Assembly (NCBI GenBank): GCA_963676795.2
Contig: CAXXTB010000001.1
Location: 1,312,001-1,376,000, forward strand
From: Geopsychrobacteraceae bacterium
GTDB taxonomy: Bacteria > Desulfobacterota > Desulfuromonadia > Desulfuromonadales > Geopsychrobacteraceae
DNA length: 64,000 nucleotides
Direction: 5' to 3'
Both the position numbers and the translations under genes were made by a program. The notes below the pieces were generated by a model. The model searched no databases. It was given only the letters and a program-made list of their open reading frames with translations, and was not told the DNA's origin. Each line of letters begins with the position of its first letter. The first letter of the stretch is position 1. Shown here in pieces: positions 62,157 to 64,000 of this stretch.

Positions 62157-62546
62157 GCGTGGGATGGTAGGAGTAACGCTTTTTTATAGAGTTCAAGCAT
62201 GAATTGAGCTTATGGGCTCCCTTGATCCGTCGCAGTTTTTAATTGCGATAGCTCATGCTGGCTTGCGGTTGCTGCTCGTAAGAGTTACTACGAATGAATT
62301 TGAAAGTGACTGAATCTTGTCCGTGCTAATTTTGTCGTGATGAATACTTGTGTCGGGCAAACTTTAGATCTTCGTAGTATGCTTGCTCTTTGTCATGTGT
62401 ACTAATGTGATAAAAATCGTGCCATGTTGACGCGGCAAATCGCGGCGCAATTATAACTGCGCAGGGTATTCCTTGATGTTGTGCTGCTGGCGGCTCAGAA
62501 TAAGTCTGAAGAGATGTGAAATTAGAAACAGATTTGCTTGAGGAAT

Positions 62547-62574
62547 AAAAAAGCCCGGCCAGAGAGCCGGGCTT
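62547..62574 (-). terminator. Intrinsic terminator after the TRAP large permease
   Basis: Minus strand AAGCCCGGC-loop-GCCGGGC-T6. Confidence 0.85.
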
Positions 62575-62592
62575 GAATTTTTGGAATAACAT

Positions 62593-63897
62593 TTAACCGT
62601 GTGACAGGTATGGCAACCAGGTGACCAGTGCCGGGAACGCAATCAGTAACCCGGTCGCGACGATCAGTGCATAGAGGAACGGCAGGACGCCCCGGAAGAC
62701 GACCGGCAGTTCGACCTTGGCAATACCGGAGACGACGAAAACGTTAACCCCGACCGGTGGAGTGATGATCCCCATCTGCGAAATCAGAACGATGATGATA
62801 CCGAACCAGATCGGGTCGTAGCCCATGTCCATAACGATCGGGTAGAAGATCGGAATAGTCAGCATAATCAGCGCCAGGGCGTCGATGAAACAGCCGGCGA
62901 CCAGGTAGATCAGGCAGATCATTGCCATGACGCCCCAGTTCGGCAGATCCATACCGGCAACGATACCTGACAGCTCCATTGGAATCCGGCTGACTGCGAG
63001 GAAGTGACCAAAGATGGTCGCACCGGCGATCAGCATCAGGACCATACAGGAGGTGTTGAGGGTCTCGGTAATCGCGCTCCACAGCCCTTTCCAGGAGATC
63101 TTTCTCTGCAGGGCGACAATGATCAGAATAGCGGCGGAACCTACCGCACCGGCTTTGGTCGGAGTGAACAGACCAAAAAACATGCCGCCCATGACGCAGA
63201 TAAAGACCAGGATGGTTTCCCACAGTTCGAGGACTGATGAGAACATTTCCTTGATGGTGAACTTCTTTCCCGGGGGGCCTTCGCTTGGATGGATACGGCA
63301 GTAGATCGCGATGGCAACCAACATGAGAGCGGTAACCAGCAGGCCAGGAATAATGCCGGCGATGAACAGTTCACCGATCGACTGCTGGGTTGCGATACCG
63401 TAAACAATCAGTACGACGCTCGGAGGGATAAGGCTGCCGAGGCTACCGCCGGAGGCGACACAGCCGGTGGCCAGTTTGTCGCCGTACTTGTAGCGCTTCA
63501 TTTCCGGAATAGCGATGGTCCCCATGGTTGCGGCTGTAGCCGTTGCGGAACCACAGATAGCGCCAAAGGCGGCACAGGCACCGATGGTTGCCATCGCCAG
63601 GCCGCCACGAATCCGACCCAGGAATTTGTAGGCAACGTCAAACAGCTTGCTGCTGACCCCGGCATAGAAGGCGATGTAGCCCATGAAGACAAATAGCGGA
63701 ATCAGGGTCAGGCTGTAGGAGGAAAAGACATCATACAGGTCGCGAGACAAGAGAGCCATGCCTGCGTTGAAATTGACCAGATAGCTGAAGCCGAGAAAGC
63801 CAACGACTGTCATCGCATAGGCTACAGGCAGACGCAGGAACATCAGGACCAACAGCAGGACAATTCCTAATAAACCGACAATCATTGATTCTGGCAT
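62593..63897 (-). CDS. TRAP transporter large permease DctM
   Basis: IPLFVFMG, FGAICGS, LIPPSVVLIVYG, FTPTK, ITPPVG. Confidence 0.93.
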   Translation of the reverse strand: MPESMIVGLLGIVLLLVLMFLRLPVAYAMTVVGFLGFSYLVNFNAGMALLSRDLYDVFSSYSLTLIPLFVFMGYIAFYAGVSSKLFDVAYKFLGRIRGGLAMATIGACAAFGAICGSATATAATMGTIAIPEMKRYKYGDKLATGCVASGGSLGSLIPPSVVLIVYGIATQQSIGELFIAGIIPGLLVTALMLVAIAIYCRIHPSEGPPGKKFTIKEMFSSVLELWETILVFICVMGGMFFGLFTPTKAGAVGSAAILIIVALQRKISWKGLWSAITETLNTSCMVLMLIAGATIFGHFLAVSRIPMELSGIVAGMDLPNWGVMAMICLIYLVAGCFIDALALIMLTIPIFYPIVMDMGYDPIWFGIIIVLISQMGIITPPVGVNVFVVSGIAKVELPVVFRGVLPFLYALIVATGLLIAFPALVTWLPYLSHG

Positions 63898-64000
63898 GTT
63901 ACTTTACCTCCAACAACAGATGCTACGAACTCAAAGAACATGCAGACCGCGAGAACCAGCATCGCAAACGCCATGGCGTAAACAAGGATATAGGCAGGGA
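63882..64000 (-). CDS. Probable TRAP transporter small permease DctQ (3' end only)
   Basis: Hand translation PAYILVYAMAFAMLVLAVCMFFEFVASVVGGKVTCQNQ*; hydrophobic helix overlapping the dctM start. Confidence 0.7.
   Translation of the reverse strand, partial: PAYILVYAMAFAMLVLAVCMFFEFVASVVGGKVTCQNQ

Noticed and set aside
62405..62460. Sigma54 promoter (minus strand TGGCACGATTTTTAT) or TTGACG-19-TATAAC promoter between convergent terminators
   Set aside because: The -12 GC is absent, the sigma70 spacing is off, and no credible downstream gene exists; ORF 62326-62592 overlaps a terminator

Overview
Chromosomal window from an anaerobic deltaproteobacterium. Gene content and order suggest Desulfuromonadales/Geobacter-like (inference). 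1-14.7 kb is the S10-spc-alpha ribosomal protein cluster (3' end of rpsJ to rplQ, with secY, adk, map and rpoA but no infA). 14.8-22.7 kb is mgtE-recO-glyQ-glyS-ppdK. 22.7-39.2 kb is a mixed region: HDOD kinase plus REC-PAS-GGDEF-EAL, DUF2520, FAH, rhomboid, PAS kinase/receiver, ferredoxin, hpt, a Rieske/cytochrome b/pentaheme cytochrome c complex, a 4xMshEN-like/CheX-like protein and tRNA-Arg(CCG). 39.7-43.8 kb holds an oxidoreductase and a TTT transporter. 44.2-50.8 kb is ackA-rnfABCDGE with a distinct codon signature. 50.9-64 kb holds TetR, moaA, ModE-like and IclR genes, an SSS symporter flanked by three small ORFs missed by the ORF track, a Liv-type ABC transporter and a TRAP transporter. 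I found no CRISPR array, integrase, transposase or prophage. The strongest leads are: (i) four paired 17-bp operators with 20-bp periodicity suggesting an IclR regulon linking Moco synthesis to solute uptake; (ii) micro-proteins around the SSS gene; (iii) the MshEN-repeat/pseudo-CheX protein; (iv) TTA codons in CTTAG context concentrated in the rnf genes. All calls come from reading the sequence by eye; no searches were run.
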